DNA from: a virus
Lineage: Duplodnaviria; Caudoviricetes
Length of the DNA: 64,000 nucleotides
Reading direction: 5' to 3' (one strand)
IMG/VR virus record: IMGVR_UViG_3300031994_000035
Location: 32,001 to 96,000 of that record
This document shows positions 46,355-56,024 of this stretch, in pieces (the first letter of the stretch is position 1; each line of letters begins with the position of its first letter). The notes below the pieces were generated by a model, which worked only from the letters and a program-made list of their open reading frames with translations, was not told where the DNA came from and made no database searches. The translations under genes and the position numbers were made by a program.

Positions 46355-48271
46355 ATGGATACAATACCTTCATTTAAAGAATTTATCAATGAGTCAAGAC
46401 AAGAGGATCTTGAACTCTATAACAAGGCTAAAGAAGCCTATTATAACGGAAACCCTATCATGGGTGACGCCGAATTTGACGAACTTGAAAGAAAGCTAGG
46501 ACTTGAAAACAAAGGATACATCGGTACACACCATTCATCCAACTATACTGTCAAACATCCTGTAAAGATGGGCAGTCTGTCAAAAATCCAAATCAAGGAA
46601 TCATCTGACGGATCGACCCACTTTGATGAATACCTTGGCACGCTTAACAAATACTTCTCAGGTGTTCCTGACGACGGGCTTATAGAAGTTACTCCTAAAT
46701 TCGACGGCTGTTCATTCGAGGTTATCTTTGACGAAACAGGCAAGGTTGAAGGAATCTCAACAAGGGGTGACGGTGAGTACGGACAGGATGTGTCGCACTG
46801 GATTATGCCTCAGGTTGAAAAGATCCCATATAAGGAATTCCTGCAGTCAGGTAAAAAGCTTGTAGTAAGAGGCGAAGCCCTTATCGGATTCGAGGACTTC
46901 AACAAGTCGTATAAGGATAAGTTCGCTAACACACGTGCATTCGTTGCAGGTATGTTCGGTCAAAAGTGGGAAGGCAATACAGAACAGACTACAGGCAGAA
47001 ACGATATTTCGATTGTAGTGTACGACTTTCGTCTAGTTGCTCCGTCAGGATCATACCAATGGGTTGACTATAATACGGTAAAGGATAATCCGGTTCTTGC
47101 ATACAATATCATGACATTCAAGAAATCTGAAATCTCTGAAATGAAGTTTGCACAGATATATGACGCAATGGAGAAAGTCCGTGCCGAAAGCAAGTTCCCT
47201 CTTGACGGATTCGTATTAAAACCAGAAGTCAAATACCGTAAGACTGAAAATGTCACAAGACCTACCGACTGTGTTGCAATCAAGTATAAGCCAAGCATCC
47301 TTGAAACAGAAATCATAGATATCGAATGGAATGTAGGTAAGACAGGAGAGCTATTCCCTAAAGCAATATTCAATACCGTGAAGATGGACGGCAAGAACAT
47401 CAACAAGGCTTCACTACACAACTACGGTTACGTAAAACAGAATAACGTAGGCATAGGCTCGGTTATAAAGATTTCGCTTGCAGGCGACATCATACCTTTC
47501 GTCTATGAGATTGTAAAGAACGGTGGCGACCCTAAAATACCGACAGAGAATGTTGAGGTAAGAGGAACACACTTGATGCTTGATATGTCGGCTGAAGAAA
47601 AACTGGCTGTCAAAGTCATAGCGGGCGCTGAGGCATTAAACCTTCGTTCATTCAAGGAGGCGACAATCAGAAAAATCCTACCAGAGTTCATTGCTGATCC
47701 TGAAATGGAAATCACGACAATCCTTGATTTCATGCGTGATTCGTCTATAGAGTTCATGAAGCAGAAGTTCGGTAACGGCACTTCAATAATGAATGTCGTC
47801 AATACGCTTATAGAGAGACGGAACACGCTGACATTGAATGAAATCATTTTGTCAATGCAGTACAGACTGTGCGGTAAGACAGCTTCCGACATGTGCGCAA
47901 AATATCTTAGAGGCGAGATTAACCAGACACAGCTCACAGGTGTTCCACAGGAGGTAAAGAGATGGCTGCTTGATGAAAACTCTGCAGAATACAAGCAGGT
48001 AATGGGATATGCGACGGAATTCAAAGTTAACATGGCTCCTGTGGTTTCGACAGGATCATCAGACGCAGTTCCTGTGATTATGACAGGAAGTCCGAAAGAA
48101 TTCGGATATGTGACGAAAGCAGAGTTCCTTAAAGCGCATCCAGAGTACATAGAGACATCTGACTGGAAACAATGCAAGATTTTGTTCACTGACGACCTTG
48201 CGTCTACGTCAAGCAAGATGAAAAAGGCTACGACTCTTGGAATTGAAATAAAAACATATGGTGACGCATAA
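46355..48271 (+). CDS. ligA: NAD-dependent DNA ligase
   Basis: YYNG.P.M.DAEFD, KFDG, TRGDG, VRGE, DG.V.K, AIKY, OB fold, BRCT-like C-terminus. Confidence 0.93.
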   Translation: MDTIPSFKEFINESRQEDLELYNKAKEAYYNGNPIMGDAEFDELERKLGLENKGYIGTHHSSNYTVKHPVKMGSLSKIQIKESSDGSTHFDEYLGTLNKYFSGVPDDGLIEVTPKFDGCSFEVIFDETGKVEGISTRGDGEYGQDVSHWIMPQVEKIPYKEFLQSGKKLVVRGEALIGFEDFNKSYKDKFANTRAFVAGMFGQKWEGNTEQTTGRNDISIVVYDFRLVAPSGSYQWVDYNTVKDNPVLAYNIMTFKKSEISEMKFAQIYDAMEKVRAESKFPLDGFVLKPEVKYRKTENVTRPTDCVAIKYKPSILETEIIDIEWNVGKTGELFPKAIFNTVKMDGKNINKASLHNYGYVKQNNVGIGSVIKISLAGDIIPFVYEIVKNGGDPKIPTENVEVRGTHLMLDMSAEEKLAVKVIAGAEALNLRSFKEATIRKILPEFIADPEMEITTILDFMRDSSIEFMKQKFGNGTSIMNVVNTLIERRNTLTLNEIILSMQYRLCGKTASDMCAKYLRGEINQTQLTGVPQEVKRWLLDENSAEYKQVMGYATEFKVNMAPVVSTGSSDAVPVIMTGSPKEFGYVTKAEFLKAHPEYIETSDWKQCKILFTDDLASTSSKMKKATTLGIEIKTYGDA

Positions 48272-48301
48272 ATATTATATGAAATCTAAAAAAATAGAAA
48301 A

Positions 48302-48817
48302 ATGGAAAGACTAAAAACATTTATGGAAGTGACAAGAGGCGTCAATGAAGGAGCAGGTGCAGGCTATACCATTGAAGGTATTATAAAGAACATCAAACTT
48401 GGTCAAAACACTCAGTTTAAAAAAATTTCTGAGGATGTATTTTTGATTGAAGGCGGCATTACTGGAAATATAGAAATTACGAATGCACATTCTTATGAAT
48501 ATTCAGGATCAGCTGAAGGATATGACGCAGAATGTAAAATATCTGAATTGAAAATCCAGGTCTATGATATGAGATATGGCTCAAAAGAAGAAATAAGCGA
48601 AGACCTTAGAAATTCAGAGTATAAGTTTTCATGTCTTTACGGAGTAGGATGGTCGCATGTCACGTTTGGCGGCGATATAAACCTTGATAACGTTGATGTA
48701 AACGACTATTCCAATATATTGATACTTGACGGGAAACTTCAGATAAATGACAATAAATTATGTACTTTCATCGATAATGCCGTAACAGGTGAAAGCCAAC
48801 ATTTTCAACTGACATAA
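48302..48817 (+). CDS. Putative virion-internal protein (MERLKTFME..NEGAGAGY)
   Basis: Shared N-terminal motif. Confidence 0.6.
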   Translation: MERLKTFMEVTRGVNEGAGAGYTIEGIIKNIKLGQNTQFKKISEDVFLIEGGITGNIEITNAHSYEYSGSAEGYDAECKISELKIQVYDMRYGSKEEISEDLRNSEYKFSCLYGVGWSHVTFGGDINLDNVDVNDYSNILILDGKLQINDNKLCTFIDNAVTGESQHFQLT

Positions 48818-48948
48818 ACGGTAATAAAAACCTTATTGATTCTGAAAGCCTATAAGTTTTAATAGAAACCGTCTATAGAAATGCTTAAGGATATCGTAAC
48901 TGCTACGGTATCCTTTTTATATAAAATATTGTTTATTATTAAAAAATT

Positions 48949-49248
48949 ATGCTTATGAACGAACTAAAGGAATTAATTCAGAAAAACAAATTTGTAGTGG
49001 TTGACTTCTATGCCAACTGGTGCGGACCATGCAAGGTCCTTTCGTCGACAATAGACGGCATCAAGGAAAAATATCAAGATGTGGTTTTCGTAAAGTCCGA
49101 TGTCGAAACAGATGAAGCCTCAACGGAATATGGTGTAAGAAACCTACCGACACTTATATTCTTTAAAGACGGTGAAGTCGTTAACAGACTTACAGGAGCT
49201 ATACCGGCTACCGAACTTGAAACTGCAGTTAATGACTTAATAAAATAA
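48949..49248 (+). CDS. trxA: Thioredoxin
   Basis: DFYANWCGPCK, LPT. Confidence 0.95.
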   Translation: MLMNELKELIQKNKFVVVDFYANWCGPCKVLSSTIDGIKEKYQDVVFVKSDVETDEASTEYGVRNLPTLIFFKDGEVVNRLTGAIPATELETAVNDLIK

Positions 49249-49249
49249 A

Positions 49250-50308
49250 TTGGCTATGGAAGAAGTTAAATTTGCACCTGCAAGCGTACTTGTAAATTAT
49301 AACAATAACCGCAAGCTTAGATTATGGTGTTCAGCTATCGGAACTGTCGAGTTCGATTCCGTAAATTCTGACAGACAGATTATCTGCTATACTGAAAGGA
49401 ACGGCAACAGGATGCCTATCGTATTTAATGAATATGGTGAACTGTATTCTGAATATGATGACGACCGTGAATGCTGTCTGTTTCCTAGTAGGAGATGTAA
49501 GGACTGGAGGCAATGGCGTCTTGTAATGATTCAGGAAGGAGACATCGTTGTAAATGTACAGACAGATAAGGTGTACATGGTGATGACAGCTAAAGTCTCA
49601 GAAGATCCGAATCTTACGACCTATAAGCTTGTTGACAGTGAAAGCAATGTTTTGGAAGAAGCTGAAGTAAATGCAATAATTCCATTACTGAGGTTCGCGA
49701 CAAAGCAGGAAATCCGTATGTACTATGAAGAAGTACGAATTTATACAATTGCTAAAAAAACTGACCGTACAATCATAGTGAACCTGTTTGCAGGACCAGG
49801 TGCCGGTAATAGTACAGGGGCAGCTTACATATTTTCAATGCTTAAGATGAACGGATTCCGTTGTGAGTATGTGTCTGAGTTCGCAAAAGATAAAGTCTGG
49901 GAAGAAAACAATACCGCCTTAAACTGCCAGTTCTATGTAGCAGGCAAGCAGATCTATAAAGTCAGCAGGGTTATAGGCAAGGTGAATATTGTCATTACAG
50001 ACTCACCTATACTGCTGAGCGCATATTACAGCAAGGACAACTCATTGAAAAACGCAATCCTCTATGAGCATAACAAGTATGAAAACCTTAACATATTCAT
50101 AGAGCGCGACAAGGCATATGATGAGGTTGGCAGGCTGCAGAACTATGATGAGGCATGCAAGATAGACAATGACCTTAAAGACATGCTTAACAGCTACAAC
50201 CAGGAGTATGTGTCAGTTAAAGGTAATAAAGACGGCTACGACAAGATAGTTGATATGATTACTAAAAAGTGGGACGACAAATATAAACCTACCAAAAATA
50301 AGATGTAG
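49250..50308 (+). CDS. Fusion of hypothetical N-terminal domain and P-loop nucleotide-kinase-like (AAA_28/NadR-like) domain
   Basis: NLFAGPGAGNST, E.V.EFAKD.VWE, ITDSP, GR.Q...EA..ID. Confidence 0.7.
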   Translation: MAMEEVKFAPASVLVNYNNNRKLRLWCSAIGTVEFDSVNSDRQIICYTERNGNRMPIVFNEYGELYSEYDDDRECCLFPSRRCKDWRQWRLVMIQEGDIVVNVQTDKVYMVMTAKVSEDPNLTTYKLVDSESNVLEEAEVNAIIPLLRFATKQEIRMYYEEVRIYTIAKKTDRTIIVNLFAGPGAGNSTGAAYIFSMLKMNGFRCEYVSEFAKDKVWEENNTALNCQFYVAGKQIYKVSRVIGKVNIVITDSPILLSAYYSKDNSLKNAILYEHNKYENLNIFIERDKAYDEVGRLQNYDEACKIDNDLKDMLNSYNQEYVSVKGNKDGYDKIVDMITKKWDDKYKPTKNKM

Positions 50309-50380
50309 GGCATTATTTTGTGAAAAACATAGAAAACTATTAAAAACTCTTAAAAACGTCTTAAATGCGAAATAAACGAT

Positions 50381-51541
50381 ATGATTCCAAAGCATGACTA
50401 TATGATCGTAGGTTCAGGATTGGCAGGTAGCGTCCTTACGAATCTTCTTACCAATAGAGGGAAGACCGTGCTCGTTGTCGAATCAAGAAAGCATGCAGGC
50501 GGAAACATCGTTGAAAAAATAATGGACGGAATACCTGTGCATCAATACGGACCCCATATATTCCATACAGACAATGAAATTATTTGGGACCTGGTGAACA
50601 AGTATACTGAGTTTGACACAACCTATATCCATTCACCTATAGCTATAAGTGACGGCATCCAGTACAACCTGCCTTTCAACATGAATACGTTTACAAAAAT
50701 ATTCAATGTCTACAAGGTAAGCGATGTCGCGAAGGCCATAATGAATGAAATAAACGCATGCAAGTTCGACTACAAAAATCCTAAGAACCTGGAAGAAAAG
50801 GCGATATCTATGATAGGTACGACAGTATACCAAAAACTCATAAGGGATTATACTGAGAAACAGTGGAACAAGAAATGTACTGACCTGCCACCAGATATTA
50901 TAGCTCGCATACCTTTCAGACTGACCTATAACAACAGGTATTTTAATGACAGGTTTCAAGGCATACCTGTATGCAAGAATGGAAAGGGAGGATATCAGAT
51001 ACTCATAGAGAACCTCCTATACCAAAACAAACATAGGGTGGACGTACTTACAAACTGGAGGATAGAGAATATCCAGCAGCTTAAGGCTGTCAAGGAAAGA
51101 TACAACTGCGACAAGATAATCTATACAGGCCGTATAGATACATTGTTCGGTGTAGACGCCCTAGAGTTCAGATCATGCGACTTTATTCATGAAAAGATTA
51201 AGATGTCCAACATGTACGGCAATTCAGTCATCAATATATGCGACAAGTCAAAGGACGCGACAAGAATCATAGAGCATAAGAACTTCTACCAAAGGAACTA
51301 TGAGATATTGTCAAAGCCTTACACCTATGTGACATATGAATATCCCTGCGAGCCTGACAGCGACTCAGAGCCATTGTATCCTATAAACGACAAACGGAAT
51401 CAGGAAATCTATGAAAAGTTCAAGGCAATGGCTGAAAGGGAAAACATCATATTGTGCGGACGTCTAGCAGAGTATAAATACTATGACATGGATGACGTAA
51501 TCCAGTCTGCTATGGACTGTTATGAAAAATTGCCATTATAA
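50381..51541 (+). CDS. glf: UDP-galactopyranose mutase
   Basis: IVGSGLAG, GGN, HQYGPHIFHT, YTEKQW, FQGIP, GRLAEYKYYDMD. Confidence 0.95.
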   Translation: MIPKHDYMIVGSGLAGSVLTNLLTNRGKTVLVVESRKHAGGNIVEKIMDGIPVHQYGPHIFHTDNEIIWDLVNKYTEFDTTYIHSPIAISDGIQYNLPFNMNTFTKIFNVYKVSDVAKAIMNEINACKFDYKNPKNLEEKAISMIGTTVYQKLIRDYTEKQWNKKCTDLPPDIIARIPFRLTYNNRYFNDRFQGIPVCKNGKGGYQILIENLLYQNKHRVDVLTNWRIENIQQLKAVKERYNCDKIIYTGRIDTLFGVDALEFRSCDFIHEKIKMSNMYGNSVINICDKSKDATRIIEHKNFYQRNYEILSKPYTYVTYEYPCEPDSDSEPLYPINDKRNQEIYEKFKAMAERENIILCGRLAEYKYYDMDDVIQSAMDCYEKLPL

Positions 51542-51657
51542 ATTGTTTATTATAGTTAAACATGTTCTGTTTTGTTGCCATAGACGAAAAGACATCCCTG
51601 CCTTGTCTCCTGCCGTGAGGCGGTTCTTGAGTCAGGGAATTTTTAAAAATTAGCATT

Positions 51658-53262
51658 ATGTATTTTAAGAAATTAAAGTTCAAGAATTTCAGAAGCTACG
51701 GTAATATTCCAACAGAAGTAGTCTTTGACAATCCTGGACATATATCATTGATAGTCGGATCAAACGGCAGTGGGAAGACCAGTATAGCGCAGGCAATCAT
51801 ATTCGCATTATATGGCGACGTACCTGGCCAGACTCTTGACACATTGGTTAATAAGGTGAACAAGAATGCCGAAGTAGAACTATGGTTCGATGCTGACGGA
51901 CATGAAATCTATGTAAAAAGAGGCATAGCTCCCAAAGCGTTTGAAGTGTCTATCGACGGTAAACAAGTTGAAGACGCGTTGGCATCATCAAAAGATGAAA
52001 TCCTTGAAAAGTACCTACATATAGGCAGGGATTTGTTCACGAACCTAATAGTTCTGAACATTTCCACATATAAGAGCATGATAACCCTGTCAGAGGCTGA
52101 CAAGCGGAATTTCATAAACAAAATATTCGACCTGACATTCTTGGAGACATTGCTTGCAGAAGTAAAGGTGAAGCAAAAAGACTGTACATCATCCATAACT
52201 CACAAGAATGATGAGATAGACCGGCTGAACAAGATTCTTCTATCTATGGAGGAAAAGAACAAACAGGAGTTCAAAAAGAAATGTGAAGAGGCTAAGAAGG
52301 AGATAGAGGACCTTACAACGATCAATGAGGATCTGTCCAAGACGGTAACTGAAAGCAATGCACGTTTATCGAAGGTCACTACTCGCAAAGATGAGGTCCA
52401 GAATGAAATCATAGAGAAGAAGTCTGAACTTAAAGAGCTGAACGCCAAATATGAATTGGGTAAGCATGATAAATGTCCTTACTGCCATCAGCCAATAAAA
52501 ATGGATGACGAGGAATTGAATAAGATTTCATCAAACATTAAGGCAGTATCAGACAGGATTACTGAACTGAACACACTGCTTACAAAATGTACTGCAAGGA
52601 TATCCGAAATAAAGACATTGGTATCGGATACGAACAGCAGCATCATATCAAACAAGTCAAAGATAAACGATTTGAAGAACCTTATAGATTCCGGAGGGAT
52701 ACAGATTGACTTGGATGAAATAAAGGCGAACATAAGCGACCTTAAAGACGGATTAAAGGATACTGAGTACAATGCACACATCTATGACATATGCGTAAAG
52801 ATCCTTTCAAGCAACAAATACTCATTAAAGAACTACATATATTCCGATTACATAGCAAACCTCAACAATATCCTGAGCGACCTATGCGAAAAGTATGCTC
52901 CGGAGTTCTTTATAAAGTACAATGCCGACTGTTCTGTCGATCTATACCATGACGGATCACCTCAGAAATATGCAGGATTGTCTACAGGTGAGAAGAGAAA
53001 GATAGACTTTCTTGTAACAGTCGCTTTCCTTAACTATGCGAAACTCATAATACCGGACTTGAACATCATATTCTGTGATGAAATATTTGCGTCTGTGTCG
53101 ACAGACATAATCTCGACAATATGCGACATGCTTGCAAACGTGAGCAAGGACCTTAAAATAGAGACATTCCTTGTGCACCATGCTGATGTCGACAGCTCAC
53201 ATATATCCAGAACATATATGATAGACAAACCTGACGGATTCTCAAAAATAACTTTGAAGTAA
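51658..53262 (+). CDS. SbcC/Rad50-like recombination ATPase (T4 gp46-like)
   Basis: FKNFRSYGN, GSNGSGKT, CPYC hook, LSTGEK, CDE, H-loop. Confidence 0.9.
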   Translation: MYFKKLKFKNFRSYGNIPTEVVFDNPGHISLIVGSNGSGKTSIAQAIIFALYGDVPGQTLDTLVNKVNKNAEVELWFDADGHEIYVKRGIAPKAFEVSIDGKQVEDALASSKDEILEKYLHIGRDLFTNLIVLNISTYKSMITLSEADKRNFINKIFDLTFLETLLAEVKVKQKDCTSSITHKNDEIDRLNKILLSMEEKNKQEFKKKCEEAKKEIEDLTTINEDLSKTVTESNARLSKVTTRKDEVQNEIIEKKSELKELNAKYELGKHDKCPYCHQPIKMDDEELNKISSNIKAVSDRITELNTLLTKCTARISEIKTLVSDTNSSIISNKSKINDLKNLIDSGGIQIDLDEIKANISDLKDGLKDTEYNAHIYDICVKILSSNKYSLKNYIYSDYIANLNNILSDLCEKYAPEFFIKYNADCSVDLYHDGSPQKYAGLSTGEKRKIDFLVTVAFLNYAKLIIPDLNIIFCDEIFASVSTDIISTICDMLANVSKDLKIETFLVHHADVDSSHISRTYMIDKPDGFSKITLK

Positions 53263-53621
53263 TGGGATTCAGCAAACTTATACGGAAGCATGTCTATGAC
53301 AAGTATGACGGACACTGCGCATACTGCGGATGTCCTCTTGAGATGAAGGACATGCAGATAGATCATATGATCTCACGGTTTAATTCAAAAATTCACGGTA
53401 ATGAAATAGACAACACAATTGACAACCTGAACCCTTCATGCAGGCAATGCAACTACTATAAGGGAGCAAGCAACATAGAGGGATTTAGGAATAAGATAAG
53501 AAGACAGCTGTCCCATACATGCATAGATTCATTCCAGGCACGGCTTGCAATAAAGTACGGTATTATCAACTACACTGAATGGGACAACTTATTTTACTTT
53601 GAAAAGATTAAAAACAAATAG
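53262..53621 (+). CDS. HNH endonuclease
   Basis: CAYCG, IDH, NL.PSCRQCN..KG. Confidence 0.88.
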   Translation: MGFSKLIRKHVYDKYDGHCAYCGCPLEMKDMQIDHMISRFNSKIHGNEIDNTIDNLNPSCRQCNYYKGASNIEGFRNKIRRQLSHTCIDSFQARLAIKYGIINYTEWDNLFYFEKIKNK

Positions 53622-53622
53622 C

Positions 53623-54075
53623 ATGGCATGTGATTATAAAATTCTAAAAGAAAAACAGGAGAACACTGATAAGAGGTATTTAAGGATGGCTCGTATCTGG
53701 GCTGAAAATTCTTACTGCATTCGTCGGCAGGTCGGATCACTCATAGTGAAAAACAATATGATTATATCTGACGGATACAATGGGACTCCGTCAGGATTTG
53801 AAAACATATGCGAGGATGAAGACGGAAAGTCAAAACCGTATGTATTGCACGCTGAAGCCAACGCAATCACTAAATGCGCTAAATCAGACAACAGCTGTGA
53901 AGGATCGACGATCTATGTGACATTGGCACCATGTATAGACTGTGCAAAAATGATTATACAAAGCGGCATAAAGCGTGTGGTATATTATGAACCCTATAAG
54001 ACTGACGGAATAGAATTGCTAGAAAAATCAGGCATAGAGGTAATCCGAATAGATATTTCTGAGAATAGGGACTGA
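53623..54075 (+). CDS. dCMP deaminase
   Basis: GYNGTP, HAEANAI, PCIDC. Confidence 0.93.
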   Translation: MACDYKILKEKQENTDKRYLRMARIWAENSYCIRRQVGSLIVKNNMIISDGYNGTPSGFENICEDEDGKSKPYVLHAEANAITKCAKSDNSCEGSTIYVTLAPCIDCAKMIIQSGIKRVVYYEPYKTDGIELLEKSGIEVIRIDISENRD

Positions 54076-54117
54076 TTTCATAATAAATGTTGTTTTATAT
54101 TCATAAACGTAAAAATA

Positions 54118-54375
54118 ATGGAAATGGACCCAAAATTTGAACTATTCAAACTCGTAATCAGTGATTACGGTATGGATGACGCAAAGAAGTATGAACTTTG
54201 CAAAGAAATCTTTTTGTCAAGCAGAACCACTGTTATGCCAATTTCAGTACCCCTTGACAATAATCCAAATGTACCAGAGTCTGTCAGACCTGTAGAAATA
54301 CCTACTAGACCTACCATTATGTATGCTTCAAATACAACTGAAGATAAACAAGGAGATTCTAAGATTAACAAATAA
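54118..54375 (+). CDS. Hypothetical protein
   Basis: 85-aa ORF. Confidence 0.6.
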   Translation: MEMDPKFELFKLVISDYGMDDAKKYELCKEIFLSSRTTVMPISVPLDNNPNVPESVRPVEIPTRPTIMYASNTTEDKQGDSKINK

Positions 54376-54386
54376 ATATTAGTGCT

Positions 54387-54602
54387 ATGAGACTGTCAGG
54401 AAAATCTAAAAGATATATTTTGGCAACATCAGTATTATTGATTATCGTGATACTGACGATAATTGAAATGGCACATCAATACGCTGTTGCCGACATACCT
54501 GTATTCCTTTCAGTTTTCATGCATGTATTTGTCATGACATTTATCATAGGTGTCATAGAAAGCGCCGTAAAATTGTATAAATCTATTAAAGAGGATAAAT
54601 GA
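54387..54602 (+). CDS. Small membrane protein
   Basis: Two TM segments. Confidence 0.6.
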   Translation: MRLSGKSKRYILATSVLLIIVILTIIEMAHQYAVADIPVFLSVFMHVFVMTFIIGVIESAVKLYKSIKEDK

Positions 54603-54769
54603 TAGCATTGCTTACCATATGTGTAATTGCTGCATGTGTCGGCCTGATAGCCATGATAATTACTGCATTTGCCCATATTTTCATGTTTATCTTTGAAATC
54701 TTCATTGAATTCGGATTATACATCCTAGCTATAGGTGCTATAATATTCTTATTAAGTAAATTATTCTGA
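54599..54769 (+). CDS. Small membrane protein (56 aa, not in ORF track)
   Basis: ATG overlaps previous stop; highly hydrophobic. Confidence 0.55.
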   Translation: MIALLTICVIAACVGLIAMIITAFAHIFMFIFEIFIEFGLYILAIGAIIFLLSKLF

Positions 54770-54770
54770 T

Positions 54771-55187
54771 ATGAGTACAGAAAATAATACGGACTTGAAG
54801 TCACTTGAAAAATCATACAGAGCAATCAAGAAGAAAATCTGGAAGAAAGCGTCAAGTATGAACAAGGATAACTGTGAGCGGGTCTCAAATGAACTTACTG
54901 TCCTGTGTAGGAAACAAACATTATTACGGGATCAGTTATATGCCTATCATATCGCACATCCCCTTCACCCATTGTCAATTAATATAAATGATATTAACAT
55001 GAAACCTATTTCAACAACATCAGTATTCAGTGTAAACGGCAGATTGGTAGTTGCAGACTCCATAGAAGAAGCTGTAGAAATTTATAAATCATATTATGAA
55101 TGCTCGAGTGTCAGTACGGTTGAACAAGTGCTCGGTGACAGAGTGTCATGCAATGATTCCGACTGCACTGCATTAATTAAAAAGTAA
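54771..55187 (+). CDS. Hypothetical protein
   Basis: 138-aa ORF, VVADSIEEA motif. Confidence 0.6.
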   Translation: MSTENNTDLKSLEKSYRAIKKKIWKKASSMNKDNCERVSNELTVLCRKQTLLRDQLYAYHIAHPLHPLSININDINMKPISTTSVFSVNGRLVVADSIEEAVEIYKSYYECSSVSTVEQVLGDRVSCNDSDCTALIKK

Positions 55188-55188
55188 C

Positions 55189-55350
55189 ATGGAGAAACTA
55201 TTTTATATATTATTGCTGTTCATAGTTATCTTTGCATTGGCGACAGCAGGAGTGCTCATAGCATTTTGGAATATTAAGGTATTCACAGCCATCTGTTCAG
55301 TCTATGTATTATTAATTATTTTCATAATCTATAAATCTATACAGAGATGA
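55189..55350 (+). CDS. Small membrane protein (53 aa, not in ORF track)
   Basis: MEKLFYILLLFIVIFALATAG..; stop overlaps next ATG. Confidence 0.55.
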   Translation: MEKLFYILLLFIVIFALATAGVLIAFWNIKVFTAICSVYVLLIIFIIYKSIQR

Positions 55351-55742
55351 AATCGCCGTTAGAAAACTACAGAGTGACAATTTCCAAAGAAGCACTGAAG
55401 CTTCTGCAAAAAGTATTTCAGGCATCTCCGATTCCTATGGAGATTGTGTCAAACCAGATGAAGAACATATCATTGGATGAGGTTATAGGATATTTCGTAG
55501 CTGAACATAACATGTGTCTGTCATTCATATATTCTGAAAACAGATGGGTCGGCACCATAGAGGGCATTAAGACACAGATCTGGGGATCAGTATCGGCATT
55601 AACATTTGAGGACTGCATTTCAAGCACAATCATAGAGGCATGCTATAAAGTCCTTAAAATAGATTCATCTAGTCAGGAACGAGATATTACGACAGACAAT
55701 GACACAGGCGACGATATGCTACGCGACAACCTGTATAATTAA
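55347..55742 (+). CDS. Hypothetical protein
   Basis: 131-aa ORF. Confidence 0.6.
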   Translation: MKSPLENYRVTISKEALKLLQKVFQASPIPMEIVSNQMKNISLDEVIGYFVAEHNMCLSFIYSENRWVGTIEGIKTQIWGSVSALTFEDCISSTIIEACYKVLKIDSSSQERDITTDNDTGDDMLRDNLYN

Positions 55743-55768
55743 TAAATAATTTATAAAGATAAAACATA

Positions 55769-55969
55769 ATGGCGTTCGAAATAGAAAGATGTACTAAATG
55801 TTCACAAAGCATTAAATTCACATTGGAAGAGCTGAAAGAAAATAAAGGATGGCTGGTTTGCCCTCACTGTAAAATGATTCAACCTATATGTTGGTTCTGT
55901 GAGCAGAATCAGTCCAAATGCAATGAGTGTTCTCCACAAAATTCAAAATTTATCAATTATTCAATCTAA
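55769..55969 (+). CDS. Small Cys-rich zinc-binding protein
   Basis: Four CxxC motifs. Confidence 0.65.
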   Translation: MAFEIERCTKCSQSIKFTLEELKENKGWLVCPHCKMIQPICWFCEQNQSKCNECSPQNSKFINYSI

Positions 55970-56024
55970 TCATTGTTTATTATAAATCCAATATTATTTC
56001 AAACTATTTAAAATTTTCAAAATT

